DNA of 64,000 nt, taken from the NCBI GenBank assembly GCA_964435245.1, contig CAYSYU010000020.1:14071-78070 (forward strand), written 5' to 3'. The DNA is from an uncultured Methylomagnum sp. Lineage in GTDB: Bacteria > Pseudomonadota > Gammaproteobacteria > Methylococcales > Methylomonadaceae. Shown here piece by piece: positions 1 through 8,951 of the stretch; position 1 is the stretch's first letter, and the number at the start of each line of letters is the position of its first letter. The notes below the pieces were generated by a model. It saw only the letters and a list, made by a program, of their open reading frames with translations. It was not told the origin of the DNA and did not search any database. The position numbers and the translations under genes are program-made.

Positions 1-537
1 AATCAATTCCTGGGTGACGATCAATTCGTTCGTGGTTGCCCTATCAAGTGTCAACAACAGCCAACGGCACAGTTGTTGTTCTATTGAATGATGCCGGTTG
101 CAGACCGCAGTTTGGGATATCTGGGTCATTAATGCTTGGATATAACACAGCACCAAACGCATCATCGATCCGGCGCGGTTGAACTCTTCCATCACCAACC
201 GCCCTTTGATCCGGTAACCATAGCCAGCAGTCATTACGGTGGTTAAGTAGGGAGTGGTATTGCCGCCCAGGAAAAGGGCAATTCCGAGTACGCCTTCATT
301 GCCCACTCCCGCGATTTCGGCAGATGCGCCATTCTCCAAGACATAATGCAGGGATACGATGGCAGTCGTTGGGAAATAGACGTATTGTAATGAGTCGCCG
401 GATTCGTAGAGGACATCGCCGAGGGGCAACGAAATAAGTTCCAGATGGGGGGCGATGCGCTCGAATATTTCCGTGGGCAGGGCGGCGAGAAGGTGGTTTT
501 GGTTAGGGTTTTGCTTTGCGGATTGAACGGCAACCAT
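1..537 (-). CDS. Crp/Fnr-family transcriptional regulator (cNMP-binding domain), 3' end cut by window edge
   Basis: Not in the ORF track because it runs off the window. My reverse-complement translation from ATG at 537 reads MVAVQSAKQNPNQNHLLAALPTEIFERIAPHLELISLPLGDVLYESGDSLQYVYFPTTAIVSLHYVLENGASAEIAGVGNEGVLGIALFLGG... and stays open to base 1 (179 codons). The pattern matches the Crp/Fnr effector domain and the start of the HTH region. Confidence 0.8.
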   Translation of the reverse strand, partial: MVAVQSAKQNPNQNHLLAALPTEIFERIAPHLELISLPLGDVLYESGDSLQYVYFPTTAIVSLHYVLENGASAEIAGVGNEGVLGIALFLGGNTTPYLTTVMTAGYGYRIKGRLVMEEFNRAGSMMRLVLCYIQALMTQISQTAVCNRHHSIEQQLCRWLLLTLDRATTNELIVTQELI

Positions 538-1041
538 TTTTTTATTTTTAAACCCTTCACGATAACGTGAAAATTGAAAAAACGACCTGGCAATTAAAAA
601 TGAGACTTTAATACCTAAGTTAAGTTTCTCTTTATAACACCTACTGCCAAGGTAGGGAGGTAATATCGCTTGCTTGGGGCTAAAGCTGAACCCGCATAAT
701 GGGTGAGTTGTAAGGTTTTGTTGGTAAATGAATAACAACATCTTAAGGTCAATGCGTTGAGTGTAACCAAATGAAAACGCTAAGTAAAGCGGGCAGGGTT
801 TATAGTTACAGGGTCAACAAGCTATAATCTGGCCATTTAGTATTTTGTTGATGGGTTTAGTAATCGTTTTGAATTGAGTTCTCGCTAAGTCGATTGTTGC
901 ATTCCAGTAAATTAGTCAATCTGGCTCAGATAAATCCTATTTAACCTGTGAATGCGTTTGCTTAATTTGCCGTTCCGCCGCATTAAGGACTGTGATATCA
1001 AAGTGGGAATCCAGACGCAATCTTCCTAAGCCCCTAAGGCA

Positions 1042-1587
1042 TCAACAAAGCACTACAAGTAATATCAGGCCAGGGATAATGCCAAGAATCAGGCCGACCA
1101 CGATGGCGATAACTTCACCTGTTGAGTAATTGCAGCTCCCGCCACCGGCGCTCACCCGGGCGGCGCTGTGATTATCAAGCCCTGCTAGCATCATGCCGTC
1201 GAATTCATCGGCGACTTGGGCCTGGGAAGATGCAACTAAAATGCGTGTGCGGGCATCACTTAGGCGCGTTTCGGCCGAACGCAGGTCATCACTGAATGGC
1301 ATTATGCTTCGCGCCTTCTTTAAGGCACCTATGGCTCCGTCAGTTGGCGCAAGCGCCATTTTACGGGCTTGGCCGAGTGTTTCAGCAGCGATAATTTCTT
1401 TCTTTAATCGGTTAAGTTCTTGGTATTGCCCAGGGCCAGCCGGACAGGAAGAATTAATCAATCCTCTAGTACTTGCCGAAGGCCAAATGTTGGCATTTGC
1501 TGTTTGCGGTACTGAAACAACCAAAATCGACGCGAATGCCGAAAAAATCAACATTCTTAAGTCATATTTACATTTTTTGGTAGGCAT
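1042..1587 (-). CDS. hypothetical exported protein with N-terminal signal peptide and C-terminal hydrophobic anchor
   Basis: 181-aa ORF. The signal-like segment LIFSAFASILVVSVPQTANA precedes an Ala/Arg-rich helical middle and a C-terminal TM (VIAIVVGLILGIIPGLILLVVLC). No family recognised. Confidence 0.5.
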   Translation of the reverse strand: MPTKKCKYDLRMLIFSAFASILVVSVPQTANANIWPSASTRGLINSSCPAGPGQYQELNRLKKEIIAAETLGQARKMALAPTDGAIGALKKARSIMPFSDDLRSAETRLSDARTRILVASSQAQVADEFDGMMLAGLDNHSAARVSAGGGSCNYSTGEVIAIVVGLILGIIPGLILLVVLC

Positions 1588-1753
1588 ACCCGCCTCCTAA
1601 TTAGCAAATTTAGGTTAACAATTCGTTATAACAAGGTTCATAAAACCCTTCACAACTTGTTATAAATTCAGCATTGAAAATAACAAAATCTTTCAGAAAC
1701 TACTGTTCGCTAACGCACAATACGTGGCATTTTTTTTCTGCGCCCTGAAACGG

Positions 1754-1780
1754 CAAAAAAAGGCGGGTTATTCACCCGCC
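1754..1780 (-). terminator. Rho-independent terminator downstream of the SmbP-like gene
   Basis: On the minus strand the sequence is GGCGGGTgaataACCCGCC followed by TTTTTTT. It lies about 30 nt after the stop of 1809..2126. Confidence 0.7.
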
Positions 1781-1808
1781 GTTCTCTGAAATCCCTAAAC
1801 CAATGGTT

Positions 1809-2126
1809 TTATTGCGCTGCTTTCAGGTGGGTAACGGCTTCTTCGGCAGCCTTTTTCGCCAAGTCGGCGTGTTTCATCTTGCCGTGATCGATAGCATCAT
1901 TCAGGCTTGCGATGCCTGCATCCAGATGTTCATCGGCAGTTTTAGCATGGGTCTTCGCGACTTCCGCATGTTCGGCGATGGTTTTTCCGTCGTCGGCTTT
2001 AACCGCGGCTTCAGCATGTTTTAGTGCTTCCGCCATGTGGCTTTCCCCGGCATAAGCGCCGAGCGAGGCAAAGGCCAAAATAATGCCTGCTGACAAGCCG
2101 ATATGTTTCGTGTTGGTGAGTTTCAT
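1809..2126 (-). CDS. small periplasmic metal-binding protein, SmbP-like
   Basis: 105 aa with signal peptide ...FASLGAYA. The mature part is built of His-containing helical repeats (KHAEAAVK, EHAEVAKTHAKTADEHL, HGKMKHADLAKKAAEEAVTHLKAA), as in Nitrosomonas SmbP. Confidence 0.65.
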   Translation of the reverse strand: MKLTNTKHIGLSAGIILAFASLGAYAGESHMAEALKHAEAAVKADDGKTIAEHAEVAKTHAKTADEHLDAGIASLNDAIDHGKMKHADLAKKAAEEAVTHLKAAQ

Positions 2127-2220
2127 ATTTATTTCCTCTGAAAATGTGTGAGAAAGGTTATTTCTACCGTGCAGCTGACCAACCTATCGTGGCTGGATAC
2201 TAAACTCGCCTACACTGGGT

Positions 2221-2499
2221 TTAGTCGTTTTCCTTAATGTCTTCCTTGATATCGCCAATGCCTTTTTGCACCTTACCGACATTCTTTTGGATCTTCCCTT
2301 CTGTCTCCATTTGTTTGTCGTCCAGTATCTCACCGGTGACTTCCTTGACTTTACCTTTGGCTTCTTTTACCCGACCGTTGACTTGGTCTTTATTCATATA
2401 GGGTTCGTCCTGCTTTTCTTCGGCATAAGCGCACAACGAGCTGACGGCCAAAACAACGGCTGCCGACAGTCCGGCAAGTTTCATAGTATTGGATTTCAT
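2221..2499 (-). CDS. CsbD-family stress protein with a signal peptide
   Basis: Preferred start is the internal ATG at 2499 (MKSNTMKLAGLSAAVVLAVSSLCAYA), preceded by AGAGGA. The mature part (KDQVNGRVKEAKGKVKEVTGEILDDKQMETEGKIQKNVGKVQKGIGDIKEDI) is the CsbD repeat pattern. Confidence 0.8.
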   Translation of the reverse strand: MKSNTMKLAGLSAAVVLAVSSLCAYAEEKQDEPYMNKDQVNGRVKEAKGKVKEVTGEILDDKQMETEGKIQKNVGKVQKGIGDIKEDIKEND

Positions 2500-2591
2500 G
2501 TTTAAGTCCTCTAAAAAAACAGTATTTGAAGGTAACACGCTATCGGCAGCAGGCGAGCCGATCCAGACTGCCTGCACAACCCGGCAATGCC

Positions 2592-2765
2592 TTAGTTGCC
2601 TTTAATATCTTCCTTGATATCGCCGACTCCTTTTTGTATCTTGCCGACGTTTTTCTGGACATTTCCTTCTACTTCCATACCCTTGTCATCCAATACTACG
2701 CCGACGGCTTCCTTAACTTTACCTTTAACTTCTTCGACTTTGCCTTTAACTTGATCTTTGTTCAT
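2592..2765 (-). CDS. CsbD-family stress protein (57 aa, cytoplasmic form)
   Basis: Too short for the ORF track. My translation is MNKDQVKGKVEEVKGKVKEAVGVVLDDKGMEVEGNVQKNVGKIQKGVGDIKEDIKGN*. It is a clear paralogue of the neighbouring CsbD gene. Confidence 0.75.
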   Translation of the reverse strand: MNKDQVKGKVEEVKGKVKEAVGVVLDDKGMEVEGNVQKNVGKIQKGVGDIKEDIKGN

Positions 2766-3370
2766 GAGTGTCTCCCAATGGTGTGTTAGTCATAACCTGA
2801 TAGTCATGATCAGGGCGTAGGATGATATTTTTCCAGCGCTTGGTAAAAGAATACCTTCAAAACCGAATCTAGTCGGTGCGGTAACGAACAGAAAAGGATG
2901 AAGACTAAACGCAAGATGAAATCTATTTTTGATTACTTCCTGTTAAGCCAATTAAAGGCTTAATCGTATTCTTTAATGTGGCAGGAAGGGAGGTTTCTTT
3001 GCCTAAATACCTAATCAGCATCGAATTATTGTAATTTACTTGGAAACAGTGGGGATTAAGGAAGGAAAGGAATCCTTAGCAATGGATGATGAATGGGCTT
3101 TTTCCCAACAAATACTTAGTAACGGTGTTCAGCACTGCCCGCTTTAAAAAGATATGCGGATCGAAATATAAATCCGCATTAGGGGGAGGAAGTTACTGGC
3201 CTGCATTTTGAACGTTTACAAATGTATGGTTTAACCCGATAGATTTTATCAGACCCGTTGATATGACAAATTGTCATAGGTAACAGATTAGCTGATAATA
3301 ATCAGTAATATATAGTCTAATCAAGGCTGGGAAAGCTATCTTTACCAAAGCCAAGTTTCTAAACCCGCTT

Positions 3371-3781
3371 TTACTTAGGCCAAATGAACGATAAGGAAGT
3401 TCTCTTATTGCCTACAATAGTTGCCGTTTTACGGATCGCTTGACCGTCTTGCTCAACCGTAACCCTATATCGGCCAGGTTTGAGCTTAGCGAATAGCATA
3501 GGGCCATCCGACTTGGCCTCCAGGAAGGCGTTGCCCTTTAAATCTGTGACAGTAACATTCAGGTCGCTGAGATATTCCCCTGAACCCTGTACCGAAAATA
3601 GCAGGCTCAAGTTGTATTCACCCCGAATTGCTTGCATCGCACTTCGTTCATCTCCGCCTACACCTCCGCTAACGAAGGTAACCTCACCTTGAGTTTGAGG
3701 TTGTAGCACAGACTGCTCAGCAACTGCAGGTAAGCTAAATAGAATACAGGGAAGAATCATTGCCAAGTGTAATATTTTCAT
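3371..3781 (-). CDS. secreted hypothetical protein (possibly a beta-sandwich, carboxypeptidase-regulatory-like fold)
   Basis: 136 aa with signal peptide MKILHLAMILPCILFSLPAVA. The motif LKPGRYRVTVEQDG is typical of CarboxypepD_reg-like domains. The family call is tentative. Confidence 0.5.
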   Translation of the reverse strand: MKILHLAMILPCILFSLPAVAEQSVLQPQTQGEVTFVSGGVGGDERSAMQAIRGEYNLSLLFSVQGSGEYLSDLNVTVTDLKGNAFLEAKSDGPMLFAKLKPGRYRVTVEQDGQAIRKTATIVGNKRTSLSFIWPK

Positions 3782-4135
3782 AAATTGCGCTCCTTTTAGT
3801 CATACCAAATAATGATTTAGCATTTATCTTAAAGGTAAATGCCATCCTTGTCTGTACGCTAGCGTACAAAAAGGATGGCAGATGCGGTTAGCGGGCAAAA
3901 AAGCGGGGAATTTGACGCAAACAAAAGATCGGGCAATGCTGATTGATACTTCTTTAGCATTGATTTCTTGTCCATATTTCAAAAGCGAAGACATTGATCA
4001 GGGAAAAAACTTTTTGGCAGGCCAATGCCGAAGATATTTCATCAACTGAAGAAGCATCGGTTAACGCTTACCCGAATGCGTTTTATCGGCTGATTTTACT
4101 CAGGCGATCATTTAATGTAATCGCTTTTGTATAAG

Positions 4136-4176
4136 TAAAAAAGCCGAATCAGGACTTTTAATCCGCTGATTGGGCT
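4136..4176 (-). terminator. Rho-independent terminator after the 4200..4448 gene
   Basis: The minus strand reads AGCCCAATCAG-loop-CTGATTCGGCT (11-bp stem, one mismatch) followed by TTTTTT. Confidence 0.6.
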
Positions 4177-4199
4177 TTTACCTATGTCCTGGGGATATT

Positions 4200-4448
4200 T
4201 CAGGAACGTCGAGTCCTGGTTCTTTCGCCCATCAATAATAATACGCCGCTAAGTAATGCAATCGTGCTGGTTCCCGAAGCAACAGATATTTCAGGGGCTC
4301 TAGTAGGACGGTCAGGTCTTTCATGTCTCTCTGACCATCCATTCCTATCATGCCTTTCTAGTTTCATATGCTTAGGCTCAGCCACTGCGACATTCGTAGC
4401 AATCAAAAAACTCGCTGCAATAAGCACTAATCTTGGTGTTATTTTCAT
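4200..4448 (-). CDS. small secreted protein with PEP-CTERM-like C-terminal sorting signal (variant APEIS motif)
   Basis: Start moved to ATG 4448 (MKITPRLVLIAASFLIATNVAVA), with GAGG upstream. The charged His/Arg/Glu-rich middle is followed by APEIS, a TM segment (TIALLSGVLLLM) and the basic tail GERTRTRRS. Confidence 0.55.
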   Translation of the reverse strand: MKITPRLVLIAASFLIATNVAVAEPKHMKLERHDRNGWSERHERPDRPTRAPEISVASGTSTIALLSGVLLLMGERTRTRRS

Positions 4449-4690
4449 ATTAAAATACCTCAAGGTTTTTCCTGGGAAATAGGGCTGGTCAACATTTGTA
4501 TGAAAATTTATAACCAGCGTGTCGATAATTGTTCGTGAATATTGTTTTTTAAATCACTGATTATCATTATGAACGCAAAAATGTAGGCATTCTGTTCGGT
4601 AACACACATATATTGAAGGGGGTTTTTTTCATAGAAAATGAATTTTTTGTATGAGTGCAGAAAGCTTAACCGGAGCCTATTCATTTTGCC

Positions 4691-4822
4691 TATTGATTCG
4701 GCCTTGTGAAGTTTCACTTACGTTCGCCCTTGTGCCCTTTGGGTATTGAACCTGTCGAAAGGCTTATGTGCTTCGACTCGCTCAGCACGAACGGTTCAAA
4801 CATTAAAGGGCCGAATCAATAA
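4691..4822. repeat. MITE-like element, copy A (~130 bp, terminal inverted repeats TTGATTCGGCC / GGCCGAATCAA)
   Basis: Near-identical to the copies at 8093..8227 and 55692..55825. It has an internal long imperfect hairpin and is flanked by TA on both sides. Confidence 0.8.
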
Positions 4823-4865
4823 ATTGTCGGTTTAGGGTTAGTGGATGTTAAAATACGGTTCTACG

Positions 4866-6833
4866 TTATGCCGCGGCACTAGTTTGTTCGTTACGGTAAC
4901 GAGATAGCGCCCAGAGTGGGAAAAACTTATCGTAACCATGGTATTTCAGGTAAAAGACCTTTGGGAAACCGGGCGCATTAAAATGTTTATCTTTCCAGAA
5001 GCCGTCTGCCTGCTGGTTTTTCAATAGATAATTCACCCCAGCTCTAACTTCAGGGCAACTTGCTTCTCCTGCCGACAGCAAAGCCAGGAGCGCGAGCGCG
5101 GTATGGAATGCCGTACTGGTATGGAATAAACCACGGATCTTTGTCTTGTGATAGCTGACATTGTCCTCTCCCCAACCGCCGTCGGCACGTTGTTTGGATT
5201 TCAGCCAAGTAACGGCTTTACGGATACTGGGGTCGTTCTTGGCTACGCCTGCGGATTCAAAGCCGCTCAGTACAGACCAAGTGCCGTAAATGTAATTCGT
5301 CCCCCAGCGACCAAACCAGGAGCCATCATTTTCTTGCCCGTTGCGCAAGAAAGCTATGCAGTTGTAGATGACTGCCCGATATTCCGGGTGTTGGTTAACA
5401 AGCTTACCCAGAAACATGATGCAGCGGCCGCTGACATCGGCGGTAGGCGGGTCGAGTAAAGCGCCGTGGTCGGCAAATGGAATATGGTTTAGGTAATGAT
5501 GTGTATTGTCGGCATCAAAAGCGCCATAGCCGCCATTACTGGACTGCATACCAGCAATCCAGGCAGCCGCACGCCCGATATTCTCGGCAAACTTTTGGTC
5601 ATCAGCCTGAACCAACGCAAGGGCGACCACCGCCGTATCGTCTACGTCCGGGTAATAGCTGTTACCGAACTGGAAAGCCCAACCGCCCCCCGGCAGGTTG
5701 GGACGTTGTATCTGCCAGTCGCCGGGTTCATCTTTCAACTGTTTAGCAGCCAACCAGCGTAAGGCTGATTTAAGAGCCCGTTGTGTTTTAGGATTGTGTC
5801 CGTAGCGGTCAGCTTCTTGTAGGGCTAAAGATGCCAACCCTGTATCCCATATCGGAGAAACACAGGGTTGGCAATACGCCATGTCGCCTTTGACGACCAG
5901 TAAGCGATCAATGGCCGACCTGGCGACCTGCCTTTGTTCATTGTCGGCGGGGATGCCCAGGTAATCCATGGCTTCATACGCGTTGACCATCGCCGTAAAT
6001 ATCGCCCCTAAACCATCATAACCGTTTAACCGTTCCATAAACCAGTGTTGGGCCTTGGCGGTAGCTTTCCGGCGTATGGGGCCGGGAATCAGCGGATCCA
6101 TCAGACGACCCATGCGTTCGACTGCCAGGATAACCTTGCCTAACGGCGTTTTGACGTGGGCGAAGTAATTTCTTTCCTTATCCGGCGGAGTTACAAAAAG
6201 TTCAGCAATACCGATTTTGTAAGGGTTGCGGGCTTTGACCTTGTAGGTGCAGAGGATGAACAGCGGAACCATTACGGTGCGCGACCAATAAGATACTTTG
6301 TCCAGGTGGAACGAGAACCATTTGGGTAGCAGCATGATTTCCACGGGCATATAGGGTACGCCGCGCCAAGGGATCTGTCCAAACATCGCCAGCATGATAC
6401 GGGTGAAGACATTGCCTTTGGCGGCGCCGCCCTTGGCCAGTATCCACTTCCGGGCTTTCGCCATATGTGTTGCATGGATAGCGTCACCGGCCATTTTCAT
6501 GGCGTAATAGGCCTTGATGGTGCAACTAATGTCCCCTGTGCCGCCTTTATAAAGTGGATAACTGCCGTCCTCGCTTTGTTGCGAGCGAAGAAAATTTGCT
6601 ATTTTGGCCTGAAGCGGTTCGTCGATTTCATCCATGAAGTGCATCATCAGGATGTATTCGGAAGGTATGGTGCAATCCGCTTCGAGTTCGAACACCCAAT
6701 ACCCTGCTTCGTTTTGCAGGCTGAGAAGTTGTATCTTGGCTTTATCAATCGCAGTATCCAAGCGTGACGGGGAATTGGGGAAACCAATAAAGGCAGTATC
6801 GAGGCTGTAAGGTGAAGTGGTATCTATAAGCAT
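4866..6833 (-). CDS. shc: squalene-hopene cyclase
   Basis: 655 aa with multiple QW-type repeats (QNEAGYW, QSEDGSY, QSSNGGYG, QENDGSWFGRWG, QRADGGWGE, QQADGFW) and the catalytic DVDDTA (DxDD) motif. Confidence 0.97.
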   Translation of the reverse strand: MLIDTTSPYSLDTAFIGFPNSPSRLDTAIDKAKIQLLSLQNEAGYWVFELEADCTIPSEYILMMHFMDEIDEPLQAKIANFLRSQQSEDGSYPLYKGGTGDISCTIKAYYAMKMAGDAIHATHMAKARKWILAKGGAAKGNVFTRIMLAMFGQIPWRGVPYMPVEIMLLPKWFSFHLDKVSYWSRTVMVPLFILCTYKVKARNPYKIGIAELFVTPPDKERNYFAHVKTPLGKVILAVERMGRLMDPLIPGPIRRKATAKAQHWFMERLNGYDGLGAIFTAMVNAYEAMDYLGIPADNEQRQVARSAIDRLLVVKGDMAYCQPCVSPIWDTGLASLALQEADRYGHNPKTQRALKSALRWLAAKQLKDEPGDWQIQRPNLPGGGWAFQFGNSYYPDVDDTAVVALALVQADDQKFAENIGRAAAWIAGMQSSNGGYGAFDADNTHHYLNHIPFADHGALLDPPTADVSGRCIMFLGKLVNQHPEYRAVIYNCIAFLRNGQENDGSWFGRWGTNYIYGTWSVLSGFESAGVAKNDPSIRKAVTWLKSKQRADGGWGEDNVSYHKTKIRGLFHTSTAFHTALALLALLSAGEASCPEVRAGVNYLLKNQQADGFWKDKHFNAPGFPKVFYLKYHGYDKFFPLWALSRYRNEQTSAAA

Positions 6834-7189
6834 GGTTTGGACTTGTTTAATGGATATCTGATGGAGGCAACTTATTCATAGCGTTGGGGTTGATCCCTAA
6901 AAATCTTGTCGGGGAACGGGGAAATTTATTTCGGACAGTCGAAAACAATATATTGCCAATCCTACCATCAGGATAGGGACATTTTAGGATAAATTATTCC
7001 CCCTCTATTATCAGCTTAACCGCAACATTGGCTAATGTCTGTACGGTAACGCACATAATGCTGCTTTCAGCGAAAGGCCGTCTCCTTTTAACTATTTGCT
7101 TGACTCTGGCGTATCGGTGTCCAGAATTCCTTTGGATGTGCTTGCCGAATTTGACCGCTGCGATTTTCAGCCCGCCGTTAAAGCGCAGG

Positions 7190-8608
7190 TTGTCAGTCAG
7201 CTTTTTTCAAGCCTTAACCGAGGTACTGGCTGTTAATGATGTCAAGATTGCGGCACCCGCCCATGAGTTGGCGTATTACAAGCGCATCCGCTTCGACCAG
7301 AAAACCGAAGCCTTGGCCGACCTTCAGCGCGACCTGTTGCGGGAAGAGGTGGGGACCGATCTTGCGGCGGTCGAAGCGGAACTACGCGCTCAAGGCGCTC
7401 ACCGACATATCAGGCCGCAATATGCCTGCCGCCATTGCGAAACCATGACGGCGGCGGTTGTGCCGCCTGCCATTATTGATGGGGGGGTGGCTGCTGCTGT
7501 TGGATTGCTAGTATGGGTGGTGATTGGTAAATACCTGGACCACAGCCCTTTATACCGGCTGGAGCAGATTGCTGGCCGCAGTGGTGTCAACCTGTCTCGG
7601 TCAACACTGGCCGATTGGGTGGGGCAAGTCGGGGTGATGTTACAACTTTTAGTAGACCGGCTAAGTTGGCATCTCTTACAAGGCAACACGCTGCACGCCG
7701 ATGAAACGCCGATGCCGCAATTGGATCCGGGAAAAGGCAAAACCAAGAAAGCCTACCTTTGGGTGTACCGTAGCAATGACCTGCACCCCGGGCATCGGAT
7801 GATTGTCTTCGATTGCCAAGGCAACCGCAGCGGCCAACATGCCCGGAATTTCCTGGACGGCTGGCGGGGGCCACCTCATGGTCGACGACTATAATGGCTA
7901 CAAGACGCTGTTTGCCGGTGACGGGAATAAAACAGGTTGCACCGAACTGGTGTGCCTGGCCCATGTCCGCCGGAAATTCTTCGACCTCTACCAAGCCAAC
8001 CAATATCCTCAAGGGCACAAAGGCCAGATGGCGAAAGCGGCATTGGAAAATATTGCCTACCTGTATTTCATCGAGACGCAAGCGAAAGACCTTATAGATT
8101 CGGCCTTGTGAAGTATTAAGTTTCCGTTCGCCCTTGTGCCCATTGGGTATTGAGCCTGTCGAAAGTCGGCATGTGCTTCGACAAGCTCAGCACGAACGGT
8201 TCAAACATTAAAAGGCCGAATCAATAATAGTATGGAACAGCGTCAATTATTGCGGCAGGACAAGACCAAGCCATTGCTTGAAGACCTGCACACCTGGCTT
8301 CAGGACGCCCTGGCCAAGATCGCGCCGGGCGGCGTTAATCCGCTACGTCGGCACCGATCACCTGCCGATCGACAACAACGCAACCGAGAACTGCATAAGG
8401 CCGATTGCTTTGGGCTGGAAAAATTATCTCTTCGTCGGCACCGAACGGGTCGGCAAACGCGCTGCCGCCATCCAAAGCCCTTTGGGTACCGGGTACCGCC
8501 AAACTCAATGGCCTTGATCCAGCTGCCTGGCTGAAAGACACCCTAGAAAAACTCCCCAGATGGCAGGACAGCAAAATCGACGGGCTGTTACCATTCGGTC
8601 ATAACTAA
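7190..8608 (+). pseudogene. IS66-family transposase (TnpC-like) pseudogene
   Basis: Fragments seen: CRHCETM...GKYLDHSPLYRLEQIAGRSGVNLSRSTLADWVGQ...LHADETPMPQLDPGKGKTKKAYLWVY (frame 1), then GHLMVDDYNGYKTLF...LAHVRRKFFDL (frame 2), then the MITE. After it come MEQRQLLRQDKTKPLLEDLHTWL, LPIDNNATENCIRPIALGWKNYLF and AKLNGLDPAAWLKDTLEKLP in different frames. Confidence 0.85.
8093..8227. repeat. MITE-like element, copy B, inserted inside the IS66 transposase pseudogene
   Basis: Same ~135-bp element as 4691..4822 and 55692..55825. It splits the transposase reading frame between ...IETQAKDL and MEQRQLLRQ.... Confidence 0.8.
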
Positions 8609-8951
8609 GTCGCTGACACATACACGGTCTGTAGTGTTGTACACGTGATCTAAAACACCGCTTACTTTATAGCCAACAACTTCCGCCGTGCCCTTTCAAT
8701 GAAAACCCAGAGCAATAAAAGCAGATTCTTATGCAGTCACATTGCATTTTTTAATGTGATTTTAATGAATTGTTAACGTAACGATAAGGTAAGGTTTGCT
8801 ATGATACAGGTGAATGTAATAAACAAACCGTTATTTTTATTACATTTGTTCTTTGGTTAATTATGTAAATTTGGGGGCAAGTTTAAGGGCATGCCCAAAT
8901 AGACATAATCATTCAGTTAATTTTCTTTAAAGGCTTAAATAAGGATTTTTT

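Larger units (their letters stand above)
7040..8665 (+). mobile_element. decayed IS66-family element (single-transposase type) with a nested MITE
   Basis: Transposase similarity is spread over three frames. The right end carries the IS66-type terminal sequence (reverse complement GTAAGCGGTG) at 8656..8665. The left boundary is approximate. Confidence 0.8.

Noticed and set aside
243-593. Track ORF of 116 aa on the minus strand
   Set aside because: It is out of frame with, and fully overlapped by, the much better Crp/Fnr-like reading frame (1..537). Its Pro/Ser-rich sequence has no recognisable features.
3262-3278. 17-bp perfect palindrome TATGACAA-A-TTGTCATA as a regulatory site
   Set aside because: The palindrome is real, but it lies about 90 nt downstream of one gene and about 500 nt upstream of the next. 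The TGTCAT halves are inverted, not direct as in Pho boxes. No function can be argued.
4508-4717. 69-aa ORF as a gene
   Set aside because: It is AT-rich with no RBS. Its 5' part is a translation of the MITE terminal region.
4790-4800. tRNA-like GGTTCAAAC T-arm motif, also in the other MITE copies
   Set aside because: It lies inside the repeated MITE. No acceptor or anticodon stems can be drawn, so it is not a tRNA.
7028-7894. 288-aa ORF as an intact transposase
   Set aside because: Only the C-terminal two thirds resemble IS66 TnpC. The protein continues in other frames and is broken by a MITE, so it was annotated as a pseudogene instead.
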